Notes: generated from the sequence alone by a model not told the origin. Shown: positions 13,294 to 26,366, counted from the whole stretch's first letter. The stretch is DNA of 63,496 nt, filler included, from Octopus bimaculoides (GCF_001194135.2; 4 parts of 4 records of this genome joined end to end with filler, not necessarily neighbours in it); one strand, 5' to 3'. A program made the numbers and translations.

Positions 13294-14370
13294 ATATCTA
13301 AATGAAAACATACTTAAATATTCTGGAACAAAGCCGAGCAAAAGATTGTGATTGAGTTATATTGCAATCGAACCACATTCCTTGTGTATATGTGTGTGCA
13401 TGTGAGCGTGTGTGTGTGTGTGTGTGTTTATACTTATTCGTATATACACATACATGCAGATGTAATATATACATGCATATATATGTGTGTGTGTGTGTGT
13501 GTATGTATTTATGCGTGCGTGCGTGCGTGCTTGTGTGTTTGTATAAGTATAAATATGTGTGTATATGCACATATATATTTATCTGTATATACATATACTA
13601 CATATACATACATACACACACGCACATACACACACATATATATAAATATATATATATACACATACATACATATATACATACATGCATACATATACATACA
13701 TACATGCATATATATATGATAGATATGTACATAAACATGTGTGAAGTTGATGAAAAAGACGAACATCATAAGATGGGTGAAAAGAAGAAAAGGGAATGTT
13801 TATATGTATTTTGTGTGCGTGTATGCTCATGATGTGGTGTGTAGTATATTTTCCAATATATCTTCAAACTCTATCGTCTAATGTGATTATATCCTGTCAG
13901 TAGTGACACCTAGACAGGCAGTCAGACGGAGAGAAAGGCAGTTTTAGAGACGTTATGTAAGAGAGAAATAAACCAGTCATTCTGTCGGACAAATGCGAAC
14001 CAAAATGAAACAAGAAAGTCGCAGTAATATGTTGCAGTTGTCTTGACGCTTTGACATTTTAGTGTAATTTGGGGGTAGAGTTGAACGTCACAACGATTCG
14101 TAATTAAGAGGAAAATATGAAAGCCAGCCATCATCCGACTATAACTGGGTAACATGTACATGCTTTCGTTAAGTATATTTAGGTACCTGTGGAGTCGCGA
14201 ACAGACATGGACAACTTTTTTGAGTTTCTCGTCCTTTGACTCTGTGACATACCCAGGATCTGACAGCTGGGTAGAGGAGAAGAGAATGGGGAAAGGAGGA
14301 GAGAGAGGAGAGGAGAGATGCAGAGAGAGGGAGAGAGGAGGAAGAAGAGAAAGAGAAAGCTGCATTGGCA

Positions 14371-14525
14371 CTCGGCTGGTGCTCGTTTTTAACTGAGTAA
14401 ACTGGATCAACGTGAAATGAAGTGCCTTGCTCAAGGGCACAACGCGCTGCCTAGGCCAGGAATTGAACCCACGACACTATGATCGCGAGCCGAACACTCC
14501 CTAACCATTTGGCCACACGTCTTCC
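14371..14525 (-). mobile_element. tRNA-derived SINE, family C (head plus conserved core)
   Basis: Minus strand: TGGCCAAATGG (A box), GGGTTCAATTCC (B box), then GTTGTGCCCTTGAGCAAGGCACTTCATTTCACGTTG. Confidence 0.8.
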
Positions 14526-14969
14526 ACAGAAGAAAAAATATTTTTACAATATTACGGTTTTAATAAACCCTAAGAATTAAATGGAAACTATTATGTTAAA
14601 TGAAACTTTAACTTTAAATAATTACCAATCTGGGGTCATGGATTGGCGCAAGTTATAAGAGGGTCTGAGTAGGATGCCTTGTGGTATCATTTCTGGTCCC
14701 TTGCATTCTGACAGCTGCGAAGCGACAATACAGGTACCAAACTGTATAGGCCCAAATCACTGGTAGCGTCTCCGTGAGATAAACACCAGTAGCGTAGAGG
14801 GGAGACTTGTGTGCACGGGTAACTGTTAAACTTGCGCAAAATATATTGCTCAAGCTTCCACATACACGTGGCAGTGCATGGTCAGTCTTGACCGATAGAG
14901 GTCAAAGTAGACTACAAAACAGTCCAGAGTGTTAGGACGTTTATCTAAATGTACAAGAGCCTCAGGATT

Positions 14970-15135
14970 TATAAGGTTGATTACCTGGTTTCCATAGCAC
15001 GTAAGTGACCGAGACACCAGTCCGTTGCAGGGTTATTCATTTACAGCTGAGTGAACTGGAGAAATGTGAAATGAAGAGTTTTGCTCAAGAACACAACGCA
15101 CCACCCGGTCCGGGAATCAAAACCAGAATCAAAAC
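14970..15135 (-). mobile_element. SINE family C fragment
   Basis: CATTTACAGCTGAGTGAACTGGAG..GTGAAATGAAG...TTGCTCAAGAACACAACGC shared with 14371-14525 and 26367-26500. Confidence 0.75.
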
Positions 15136-15514
15136 CGTAATGAAAATCATAATTAAAACACACCCTAACTCTAGGCCAGCATGTTTACTAGTAGGTGAGA
15201 TGTGACATTTTAAATCAGACAATGAATATTTGAGATGCTGAGTCTCGAACATCTTCAAACAGGCGACTTGCCAAAAATTTAACAAGACATTGGGATATTC
15301 TGACAGACAAAGTAGATAAACTTAAAATTAGTTTGCTTTTTTTTTTTAATTAGAAAAACAGATCAACACATAGTGTCAAAGAGAAAACCTAGGAGGGTCA
15401 TTCATAAAGTGATAGTGATAGCGATACAAGAGGAAACCGAAATAAATCAGCGTTCAAATCTACCAGAGTGTACTAAGAATGAATAGGTTTGTTATTGATT
15501 GAATACAATAATGA

Positions 15515-15800
15515 TTTAGACATAAGGCCAACAATTTTGAGGAGTTTGTCCGTCGACCCCAGTACATTATTGGTACTTTATCATATCGATATCGAAACGA
15601 TGAATGGCAAAGTTGGGTTCGGGTGGCATTTGAACTGAGAACATAAACAGCTACTGGTACCTTATTTTATCGATTCCCGAAAACTTTAAAAACAAAGCTG
15701 ATCTCGACGAGATTTGAGCTCAGAACCTAAAGAGCCAGAGTCTGAACAAATACCTCAAGGTATTTTTCGGACACTCTAACAATTCTTCCAGCTCACCGAT
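15515..15800 (-). mobile_element. Two overlapping diverged SINE family A fragments
   Basis: GTCGACCCCAGTAC..GGTACTTTAT..ATCGA..GATGAATGGCAAAGTT..ATTTGAACTGAGAAC occurs twice in reverse orientation. Confidence 0.65.
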
Positions 15801-16395
15801 TTAGTCTAAAGAAATACCAATATCATCTATCTTTGTATTTTGATCACAGTACTTGTGTGTGTGGTCAAGTTACAATCATCACCAACGAGTGACATCACCG
15901 TTTTGAGGTGCTTTTTCTACTGAACTTTTAACTTCCTGATATTAATATATATTTATTTTATGATCCCTTTTCACTATGACCTTGTTTATTTACACGGTTC
16001 CCGTTCCTCTGTGTAAGATTTCATTTGTTTGCATAATTCCCTAGAACAATGATTTATCCGAATAATATAGACCGTCAAGCACCAGTGAACAGATAGATTT
16101 CACAGATTCCCTCCGGGATGGAATTGCCAACAGGATCAGCTCTTCACAATACAATATTCCGAATTGATGGAAAACAAACATTGGCTAAATAACATCAAAC
16201 TCCCGCTGTCATAATTCTTTACTCAAGTAAATAAATAGAAAAATTAGTTTATTCTGTGTGAGGAAAACATGAAAGTAACAGAGAAGAATTCATTAATTAT
16301 ACGTTAATTGATAACAGATTAATTTTACAAATTTTGTTGAATTTTGAGAGTCATTATGCTAATAAGAAATACACGTGATGGATCTACTTCATCTC

Positions 16396-16397
<2 letters not shown>

Positions 16398-16476
<79 letters not shown>
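16398..16476. repeat. (TTA)n microsatellite abutting the 3' end of an RLE LINE
   Basis: Direct reading. Confidence 0.97.
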
Positions 16477-18025
16477 ATGGTGTGCACCAATGTTTTATAT
16501 CCGGAACCAATGTCCTTGCCGTTCCTAATAGAGCAGATTTCTGAATTAAAGCAACTCTCGTATTTAAACCAATTTCAATGGGGAACCTGCTAAGTGTGTT
16601 GGTGATGGTACTTAGGGCACCTATAACAACTGAGATTACTTTCGTAGAAACCCTACAGTCTTCGTATTTCCCTAGCCAAATCCTGGTACTTGCCTATTTT
16701 CTCCTGTTCTTTGACCGATTCATTTATGTTCGCAGATATAACTACATCTATTATGACATACTCTTTTCTCCCTTGCCCAGAACGATATCTGGTCCCTTGC
16801 ATGAAGTTCATGATCAGTCTGTACATTAAAATCCTATAAGGATTGACGTTGGTACCGTTTCCTTCGTACGTCAAATCCTCTTTATCACATGTCCCAGTGC
16901 CTTGGCCACACAATCGTGCCTGTTTCTATATTTCTTCAGTACTAAAGGACTACAGGAACTTATTATGAACATAACGGATTCCTCTTTCTCATTACAGACT
17001 CTGCACTTTGTATTTTCCGCAGGTTTATCTATTTTTACATAATGATATTCGTTCATAATGACAGGCTTTGAGCAGCTATTATGAGTTCTTCCGTTCCTTT
17101 CTTTAGGTCTCCATTATTCAGGCATAGCCAAGACTCATCTGCTGCGACATCCTGCGTTTGTCTGAGATGCTGACCGTGAAGTTTTTTGTCTCTCAGATGT
17201 TTCTTTTCCATTTCTGTTTTCTTCTTTTCTTGCATCCTGTTGCAGTCACTACAACTTCTTTCTCCTCTCCTTTCACATACTCTTCCATATCACGTTTTGC
17301 CATCCCTGCACAGTCTTTTATTGATATCAATCCTCTCTACCCCTTCTTCCGTGGTAGGTGTAACCTATCGACATTCTGTCTCTGGAATGTAGTGACCTGT
17401 ACATGGACATTGTCTTTCTAGTTTTACAATTTATTTCCCTTAGTTCTTCCTTAATCCAGTTCAGGAAAGCAACAGAATATTGTATTACAGAGACCGCTCA
17501 TGTATTTACTGTAGAGATGCTTTTCCCCTCCATTCAGTTTTGAATTCAGCACCGTTTTCTACTCTCCTGAGATATTCATCACTCACTTTCTCTTTTATTT
17601 CTTGGCAGAGAATACTATCTTCCTCCAATATACCAAGTTACTGCTGTTACCCTCATTCATTGCTCGGATTAATGTCTCATCTGTGAGTTTAATCCCTTCT
17701 TTCTTGGATATTTTTTCCCTCCTTATTACTAGCATCACACATTTATCTACTCAAAACTTCATGCCAATGTCATCACTCACAACTCTAACTATCTGAACCA
17801 GTGAATACTAAAACTTTCTCACTTTTGGCAAATAATTTCAGATCGTCCATAAATAATAGGTGGTTTATTTTCTCATCACAGCTAAATTAGCAGCATGATT
17901 TTGTCTCTCTCAATGTTAATACAAAAGAGGGATAAGAGTAACCACGAATAGTAGTGGAATATTCTCCTACTTATGATGACTTCACGTAACTTATCATGAC
18001 CTGATGTTAGTATAGTTCTCCATTT
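16477..18025 (-). mobile_element. R4/Dong-like non-LTR retrotransposon (RT + CCHC + RLE endonuclease), 5'-truncated pseudogene, copy 1
   Basis: KINHLLFMDDLKLFAKSE (RT), VDRLHLPRKKG.RGL, CRVCNEKEESVMFIISSC...RHDCVAKAL (zinc knuckle/RHD), IIDVVIS...EKIGKYQDLAREIRRL and QKSALLGTAR (RLE); many stops and frameshifts. Confidence 0.9.
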
Positions 18026-18028
18026 TAG

Positions 18029-20805
18029 AATAATTATTTTTTTCCGATTGATTTGCATTGTATTTCGTCTTCCGGCCGGGTCTCAACCAGAGACCTAAGG
18101 CATATATATTAGATGGAGGGAAAATTCCTGAGAATGTGAGCAGTTGATGTCAACACAATTTTTTGAGTCTCATAGATTGTTGGTTTCCTCGGGATCTGGT
18201 CAAAAATTTGTCAGTATCTTTCTTGATCATTCCCAGGGCCCCTACAACAACAGGTGGGGGTGGGGGTTTTGGATTTTAATGGCCACATTTTTGATATCTC
18301 AATTTCAAGGTTCTTATATTTCGAAAGTTTTTCAAATCCCTTTGCAGAGATGTTTCTATCAATAGGTACTGTCATATCAATTAACAAATATGTTTTTTGT
18401 CTTAGGTCTTCGATGATGATGTCTGGTTTGTTAGCATTTATTTGCCTTTCTGTATGTATCCCATAATCCCATAGGATAGTAACATTCTCTCCCTCAGTGA
18501 CAGGCTCTGAATGGTGTTCATACCAGTTCTTAGGTTGCGGGATACCATAGTGATGGCATATGTTCCAGTACAAGTATCGGCCAACCCGATCATGCCTAGT
18601 TTTATATTTTGTAGGGGGCAAGGACGGAGAAGCCGGCAACAATGTGGTCAATACTCTCAAGTGTGTCATTTCAGTCTACACTTTGCGTGTACCTCATTGT
18701 GTGTGACATTAGCTTGAAGGTTCCGAGTGAGGAAACTCTGATCTTGTGCCGCTAGGATAAATCCTTCTGTTTCGGCTTTCAAACCAACACTCTGCAGCCA
18801 CTGATGGGTTCTTCTCCTCTCTGCATCAGCTTTCCCAGCTCGTTTGGGTACTGCCCATGCAATGGTTTTTTATTTTGCCACAGATTTGATATTTCCTGAA
18901 GCTTTCTTGTTTGGCTTTTGTTTTGTACTTTTTTTGCTTCTTTAGTGGGTGGGGTCCTCCTTATCATCATCATAATCAGGGAGTTTAAGCTCTCATCTGT
19001 ATTTATATGCCTCCTTTGAGATTGAGTGCAGTTTCTTACTCTGTTCGTGTTGCCTAACCAGCTGTATCATCCAATTGGTGTCACTTTGGATATAGACTTG
19101 AAATCCTATCGTGGTCGATTTTTAGGACGTTTCAAGCTGGATTAGGCCTCTGTCACTTTCCTTTCGTGAGAGATAAAGCCTGTGGACGTCTGAGTTTGGG
19201 TGGTGCAGCCTGCTTAGTGTCAGCAGTTTCCTGGTCTTTTTGTTCATACGCTGGAGATCACTCAGATTGCAATTGATGACAATAAGGATATAGTGGACTA
19301 CTGGTACCGCCAAGGAGTTTATAGCTGCAATTCTATCCTGAGAGTTCAGCTAAGTATTGGGTTGTCCGGAAAGTTCATGCCGATTTTTAAAGGAAAGAAA
19401 AAGGTCAATAAATACTTGCCATTACATTTTTAATCAACCAAATATGAACCATTTTGTTGCACAATGCGTCTCCATCTTTCCTTTAACTTGAAAATACCCT
19501 CTTCCCAGAATTGAGGTGGTCATGGCAAAGAATTCATCAAGGTATCTTTTTACGTCATCCAAGGAATTGAAATTTTTACCATTAAGACTATTCCGCTGAG
19601 ACCTGAATAAGTGGAAATCCGAAGGAGCAATATCTGGTGAATATGGAGGGTGGGGTAACACATCGCAGCCGAGCTACAGCAATTTTTGTCTGGTTCTCAA
19701 AGAAACGTGCGGTCTTGCATTATCATGTTGGAAAACAACACCCTTCCTGTTGGCCAATTCTAGACGTTTCTCTTGAACTGTTGCTTTTAACTCCTCCAGT
19801 TGTGTGTAGTATTTCTCAGAATTAATTGTCTGGTTACTTGGGAGAAGCTCATAGTACAGAATTTCTTTCCAATCCCACCAGACACAAAGCAATACTTTTT
19901 TAGGGTGAAGACCCGCTTTTGATGTGGCTAAGGGTGGCTCATGTTGCTTACTCCAGGATCGCTTTCTCTGAACATTTCGGTAGATAATCCATTTCTCATC
20001 ACTTGTCACAGTTTGCTTTAAAAAAAGGTGCGTTTTCATTCCGTTTATAAAGCGAATCACAGATGGAAATGCGATCCAAAAGGTTCTTCTCACTCAACTC
20101 ATGTGGTACCCAAACATCGTAGCGATTTGTGTAGCCAAGCNNNNNNNNNNNNNNNNNNNNNNNTTTACCAGGTGCTCATGAACGACGGAATTTGATAGGT
20201 TGCAGCTTTCTGCCAATTCTCAGGTTGTGTAATGTGGGTTATTCTCAATTAATGACTTGATTTGGTCATCATCTGTAGTGGATGGTCTGCCTGATCGCTC
20301 TTTATCAATAAGGCTAGAATCTCCAGCTCGGAACCTTGCAAACCACTTCCGTACAGTTCTTTAGGATAAAGAAACATCACCGTAAACTGCGCATATTTCT
20401 TTGGTTACTTGTGAGGCATTTTTCCCTTTACGGAAAAAGAAAAGCATCAAGTGCTGACCTTTCTTATCTTCCATTTTAAAGGGTTACAGAATTAAAACAG
20501 GTCATAGGAACATAAAAATTCTCCCACGAAAAGATAGCTTAAACTGTGCTCTAGATGAAGGTGTAGTAAAATCCTATTTTATGGGCTCAACCATGTTCTA
20601 AAATAAGTCGAAAGGTAAGCTACTTTCCGGACAACCCACTATTTAGGACCATTCTGACACGTCTACAATACTCTGTCCTGATTTTTTTCTTTTATTGATC
20701 TGCGTTGGATCCCATTCCCTTCGTGTATCCAAGATACTTATAAAAGCTTTCTTGGTCCAGGTCCTCGATAGATGTAACATAATCAAGTTGGGTCGTGGAA
20801 TCAGC
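18029..20805 (-). mobile_element. R4/Dong-like non-LTR retrotransposon, copy 2, interrupted by a mariner
   Basis: YKTRHDRVGRYLYWNIC...WYEHHSEPV...ILWDYGIHTERQINANKPDIII...LIDMTVP...KLSKYKNL; FYKYLG and RVRMVLNT.LNSQDRIAAINSLAVPVV read continuously once the mariner and one TA are removed. Confidence 0.92.
19357..20639 (-). mobile_element. Full-length mariner (DD34D) transposon, decayed, mellifera-subfamily-like
   Basis: 17-bp TIRs TTGGGTTGTCCGGAAAG / CTTTCCGGACAACCCAC (1 mismatch), TA on both sides, 1283 bp. Transposase about 20474->19434: ..FRKGKNASQ..RSGRP..TSDEKW..LCVWWD..HDNARPH..HPPYSPDIAPSDFHLF; stops, frameshifts and a short N-gap. Confidence 0.95.
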
Positions 20806-20806
20806 T

Positions 20807-20823
20807 TATTATTATTATTATTA

Positions 20824-20891
<68 letters not shown>
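20807..20891. repeat. (TTA)n microsatellite between RLE LINE copies
   Basis: Direct reading. Confidence 0.97.
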
Positions 20892-20963
20892 TTATTGACT
20901 TTTGCTTTGCATTTGTACAAGTTGGATCCAAGTCTCACCCAGAGACCTCAAGAGACAACAAGT
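20892..20963 (-). mobile_element. 3' UTR of another R4/Dong-like LINE (rest lies in the N-gap)
   Basis: Minus strand GAGGTCTCTGGGTGAGAC...AATGCAAA then (TAA)n resembles the copy-2 3' UTR AGGTCTCTGGTTGAGAC...AATGCAAA. Confidence 0.6.
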
Positions 20964-21583
20964 NNNNNNNNNNNNNNNNNNNNNNNNNNNNNNNNNNNNN
21001 NNNNNNNNNNNNNNNNNNNNNNNNNNNNNNNNNNNNNNNNNNNNNNNNNNNNNNNNNNNNNNNNNNNNNNNNNNNNNNNNNNNNNNNNNNNNNNNNNNNN
21101 NNNNNNNNNNNNNNNNNNNNNNNNNNNNNNNNNNNNNNNNNNNNNNNNNNNNNNNNNNNNNNNNNNNNNNNNNNNNNNNNNNNNNNNNNNNNNNNNNNNN
21201 NNNNNNNNNNNNNNNNNNNNNNNNNNNNNNNNNNNNNNNNNNNNNNNNNNNNNNNNNNNNNNNNNNNNNNNNNNNNNNNNNNNNNNNNNNNNNNNNNNNN
21301 NNNNNNNNNNNNNNNNNNNNNNNNNNNNNNNNNNNNNNNNNNNNNNNNNNNNNNNNNNNNNNNNNNNNNNNNNNNNNNNNNNNNNNNNNNNNNNNNNNNN
21401 NNNNNNNNNNNNNNNNNNNNNNNNNNNNNNNNNNNNNNNNNNNNNNNNNNNNNNNNNNNNNNNNNNNNNNNNNNNNNNNNNNNNNNNNNNNNNNNNNNNN
21501 NNNNNNNNNNNNNNNNNNNNNNNNNNNNNNNNNNNNNNNNNNNNNNNNNNNNNNNNNNNNNNNNNNNNNNNNNNNNNNNNNNN

Positions 21584-21632
<49 letters not shown>

Positions 21633-22190
21633 TTCATATACACTCAACGGATTAGACTGTTGGAAAAGAAAAAATCCTAACATCTGGTAACAAGTAACCT
21701 TAGATGCCAAGGACCCACCTATCGGGCTACAACAAGTAACCTTAGATGCCAAGAACCCTTCTAAATATCCTAGCTGTCCCTAATAACACTGTTTTCTGGA
21801 ACTGTACTAAACTGGGTTTTATGCCTATTTCCTTTATTCATCAGTTCAGATCTTTAGGGATAGTTCCCAATGCACCTATAACTACTGGGATACATTTAAT
21901 CCGCACTTTCCATAGTCTCTGTAATTCAATAGCTAAGTCCTGGTATTTTGCATTTTTTTTTTCTATACTTCTCATATTAATGTTTTCATCATTTGGGAAT
22001 GTAAAGTCAATTATCTGGCACTGTCTATTCTCTTTACCTAATATTACCAAATCAGGCCTTCTAGCTTCTATTACACTGTCAGTCTGACTGTTAAAGTCTT
22101 ATATTTTTTTAACTTTCTAGTACCTTACAGGTTCATGTTCATACCATTTGTCAGTATGTTCAAATCCTAGCTTTCTACATTGCTCTCCCT
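21633..22190 (-). mobile_element. R4/Dong-like LINE 3' fragment (RLE domain), copy 3
   Basis: DKWYEHEP...IEARRPDLVILGKENRQCQIIDFTFPND...KYQDLAIELQRLWKVRIKCIPVVIGALGTIPK...QKTVLLGTARIFRRVLGI; (TAA)n tail 21584-21632; 43-bp tandem duplication at the ORF end (21688/21731). Confidence 0.9.
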
Positions 22191-22467
22191 AGATTATAAT
22201 ATTTGTACTCAGTATTTCATAGGAACATCGCATTTTCGCGTGTCGTAGAAACTATTGTGTAGGGAGATCACATATCCACGTGTTTACATTTTTATGTACG
22301 TACTTTGCTGTGACAACGTACCTGGCAGCAACTATGTTTCATATATGAGAAATATTTCGGCTTCCTGAAATGACTTACAATAAATAACAATTTTAAAAAA
22401 TTTTTGCGATTTCTTAAATCTAGTTTGGTGATGATTTCTTTATTATTATTATCATTATTATTATTAT

Positions 22468-22534
<67 letters not shown>

Positions 22535-22732
22535 CGTTGTTGTTGCTGTGGTTATTACTAGTCAACTAGTTAACCATTTCACTAATTAACTAATCGATTG
22601 TTCTGGAATACAGGGAGTATGCCATTGATGAGAATGCGAATGCGACGAAATTCTCTAATGAACCTAGCTGAGTGATTGACAGAATGATTAATCAAGCAAT
22701 CAATTAGTTAATTGGTTAAATTATGAACAATT

Positions 22733-22771
<39 letters not shown>

Positions 22772-22774
<3 letters not shown>

Positions 22775-23246
22775 GCTCTGATGCAGTACCAGGCAATGGC
22801 TCTCATGGCTTCTGATCTTAACTGATTGGATGTTATCATGTTTTGTCTTGGTATAAAAGATGGGGTACAGTAAATACTCTGCTCAAAACCACAGATTTGC
22901 TTGCTATTTGCTTGACCAAAACCAGTTGAGCATGTTCCTTAGTGGCTGACAATATGTGCATCTCTATTCAAGAACAGGAGTGGTGGGGAGCATCATAGCC
23001 ATGTGTTGAGAGAAATTCTTTGGAGCTTGAACGATTCCCTTTTGGAAACATAGGTGTTTCATTCAACATACTTCTTCAGGGACCTTTTGAGTGGAATGGG
23101 CTACTGGACCAGAAGAAAATTCTAACAGGTCATGCTTTGTTTATCTCGATATGGGATCACCATATCACGCTCATATGTTTGTGATGCATGTACCTGGTGT
23201 ACCCCTATCAGTGTCACTTTGATGGCATACGCTGCTCTTTCATTCA
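22772..23246. mobile_element. ~475-bp non-coding interspersed repeat embedded in (AAT)n
   Basis: Complex non-coding sequence flanked on both sides by same-strand (AAT)n arrays (22735-22771, 23247-23343); recalled as a common octopus repeat; no tRNA head seen. Confidence 0.5.
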
Positions 23247-23272
23247 AAATAATAATAATAATAATAATAATG

Positions 23273-23345
<73 letters not shown>

Positions 23346-24512
23346 AGTGAAATAGAACCAGTGTATCTTCCAAGATACACCAATACTTATTTCAACTCAC
23401 GATTTCACATTAGNNNNNNNNNNNNNNNNNNNNNNNNNNNNNNNNNNNNNNNNNNNNNNNNNNNNNNNNNNNNNNNNNNNNNNNNNNNNNNNNNNNNNNN
23501 NNNNNNNNNNNNNNNNNNNNNNNNNNNNNNNNNNNNNNNNNNNNNNNNNNNNNNNNNNNNNNNNNNNNNNNNNNNNNNNNNNNNNNNNNNNNNNNNNNNN
23601 NNNNNNNNNNNNNNNNNNNNNNNNNNNNNNNNNNNNNNNNNNNNNNNNNNNNNNNNNNNNNNNNNNNNNNNNNNNNNNNNNNNNNNNNNNNNNNNNNNNN
23701 NNNNNNNNNNNNNNNNNNNNNNNNNNNNNNNNNNNNNNNNNNNNNNNNNNNNNNNNNNNNNNNNNNNNNNNNNNNNNNNNNNNNNNNNNNNNNNNNNNNN
23801 NNNNNNNNNNNNNNNNNNNNNNNNNNNNNNNNNNNNNNNNNNNNNNNNNNNNNNNNNNNNNNNNNNNNNNNNNNNNNNNNNNNNNNNNNNNNNNNNNNNN
23901 NNNNNNNNNNNNNNNNNNNNNNNNNNNNNNNNNNNNNNNNNNNNNNNNNNNNNNNNNNNNNNNNNNNNNNNNNNNNNNNNNNNNNNNNNNNNNNNNNNNN
24001 NNNNNNNNNNNNNNNNNNNNNNNNNNNNNNNNNNNNNNNNNNNNNNNNNNNNNNNNNNNNNNNNNNNNNNNNNNNNNNNNNNNNNNNNNNNNNNNNNNNN
24101 NNNNNNNNNNNNNNNNNNNNNNNNNNNNNNNNNNNNNNNNNNNNNNNNNNNNNNNNNNNNNNNNNNNNNNNNNNNNNNNNNNNNNNNNNNNNNNNNNNNN
24201 NNNNNNNNNNNNNNNNNNNNNNNNNNNNNNNNNNNNNNNNNNNNNNNNNNNNNNNNNNNNNNNNNNNNNNNNNNNNNNNNNNNNNNNNNNNNNNNNNNNN
24301 NNNNNNNNNNNNNTGTGTGTGTGTGTGTATAAGGGTAAAAACGAAGTTTATTTGTGAAGAAGTTCGAACAAACTCGAACAAAAATGGTAACCTTTTTAAA
24401 GATTTTGAAGAATCACATTGAAAAGAGAACTTTTTACATCTTTCTGCTTCTTTCTCTCCCCTCATTTGTCTCGTTTTTCCTCTGTAACTTTCTTTCCCTC
24501 CCTCCTTCTTAT

Positions 24513-24613
<101 letters not shown>

Positions 24614-24764
24614 CTATCTCTCTCTCTCTCTCTTTCTTTCTTCTTCTGATTCATATCCTGCCTTTCCCCATTTTCTCTTCTGTTATTGTCGACCCGGTTC
24701 TTGTCATTAAATAAAACGGGAAGAAAGTGTAAATAGTGCAATGTACACATAGATATATACAGTA

Positions 24765-24890
24765 TGTGTGTGTGTGTGTACCAATGGGTAAAAGATTATA
24801 AACCCATTAACAAATAATAATATATTATGCATCTATATGCATAATATATTGTTATTATTTGTTAATGGGTTTATAATCTTATACCCATTG

Positions 24891-24906
<16 letters not shown>
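24765..24906. repeat. Near-perfect fold-back palindrome
   Basis: Arms of about 68 bp with 1 mismatch and one 3-bp indel around a 4-nt loop (CTAT). Confidence 0.95.
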
Positions 24907-24955
<49 letters not shown>

Positions 24956-25751
24956 TTCGGTATATGCTCATATCGATCAGGAAATGATCGTGTAAAACAA
25001 GAGTACATAGAAATCGAATTATGTTCCCATTCTAAATAAATACATGAAATAGAGAGTAGAGTCTATTATTTAGCAATTATAATAAAAATGTATGTTCATA
25101 NNNNNNNNNNNNNNNNNNNNNNNNNNNNNNNNNNNNNNNNNNNNNNNNNNNNNNNNNNNNNNNNNNNNNNNNNNNNNNNNNNNNNNNNNNNNNNNNNNNN
25201 NNNNNNNNNNNNNNNNNNNNNNNNNNNNNNNNNNNNNNNNNNNNNNNNNNNNNNNNNNNNNNNNNNNNNNNNNNNNNNNNNNNNNNNNNNNNNNNNNNNN
25301 NNNNNNNNNNNNNNNNNNNNNNNNNNNNNNNNNNNNNNNNNNNNNNNNNNNNNNNNNNNNNNNNNNNNNNNNNNNNNNNNNNNNNNNNNNNNNNNNNNNN
25401 NNNNNNNNNNNNNNNNNNNNNNNNNNNNNNNNNNNNNNNNNNNNNNNNNNNNNNNNNNNNNNNNNNNNNNNNNNNNNNNNNNNNNNNNNNNNNNNNNNNN
25501 NNNNNNNNNNNNNNNNNNNNNNNNNNNNNNNNNNNNNNNNNNNNNNNNNNNNNNNNNNNNNNNNNNNNNNNNNNTCATCTATTCAATAAGACATATTCCA
25601 TATATTCAATAAGACATTCAATACTTTATTTCATTGTACCATCCATTTTTATATTATATATTGTATATTCCATATTCTATATCCTACATTAATTTTACAA
25701 GAATATAAATAAAACATAAAAAACAGACAGAGTTGGAACTCTTTTAAACAA

Positions 25752-25791
<40 letters not shown>

Positions 25792-25866
25792 GCATTTTTA
25801 TTATAATATATGTACGTATGTATATATGTATGTATGTATGTATATAGGTAGGTATGTATGTATGTG

Positions 25867-25940
<74 letters not shown>

Positions 25941-26366
25941 TAACCCTGAGGTTTTTTGTAGTGATTGCTGCGAGGCAACAGGTTAGCTCTTAGTGAATAG
26001 AATATATGACCCGATTTTGATTCTTTGCATATAGAGGCAAACTTCTCTTGAATTATTCACCACCCTAACCACCATAGAAATCGACAAAATCATGAACGCA
26101 ATATTCAAACCTTTTCCCAAAATGTTTGGGCTTTTTTTATGAAAAGAAACTGCTAAATGTAGTTATGGTTTAATAAACGTTTCATTTGTGTGTTCTAAAT
26201 ATTACATCATTTTTTTTTAACCATGACCGTCACTCGTAAATCAGTATAACTTGATAACATCTAGCATGGTTTTGCTAAATGTTTTAGGTGTCTAAGTAAC
26301 AGTCAACCCTTGCTCGAATGAATTATCATTGATGTCACAGCTGATTAGAACCCATACCTGATTAGA

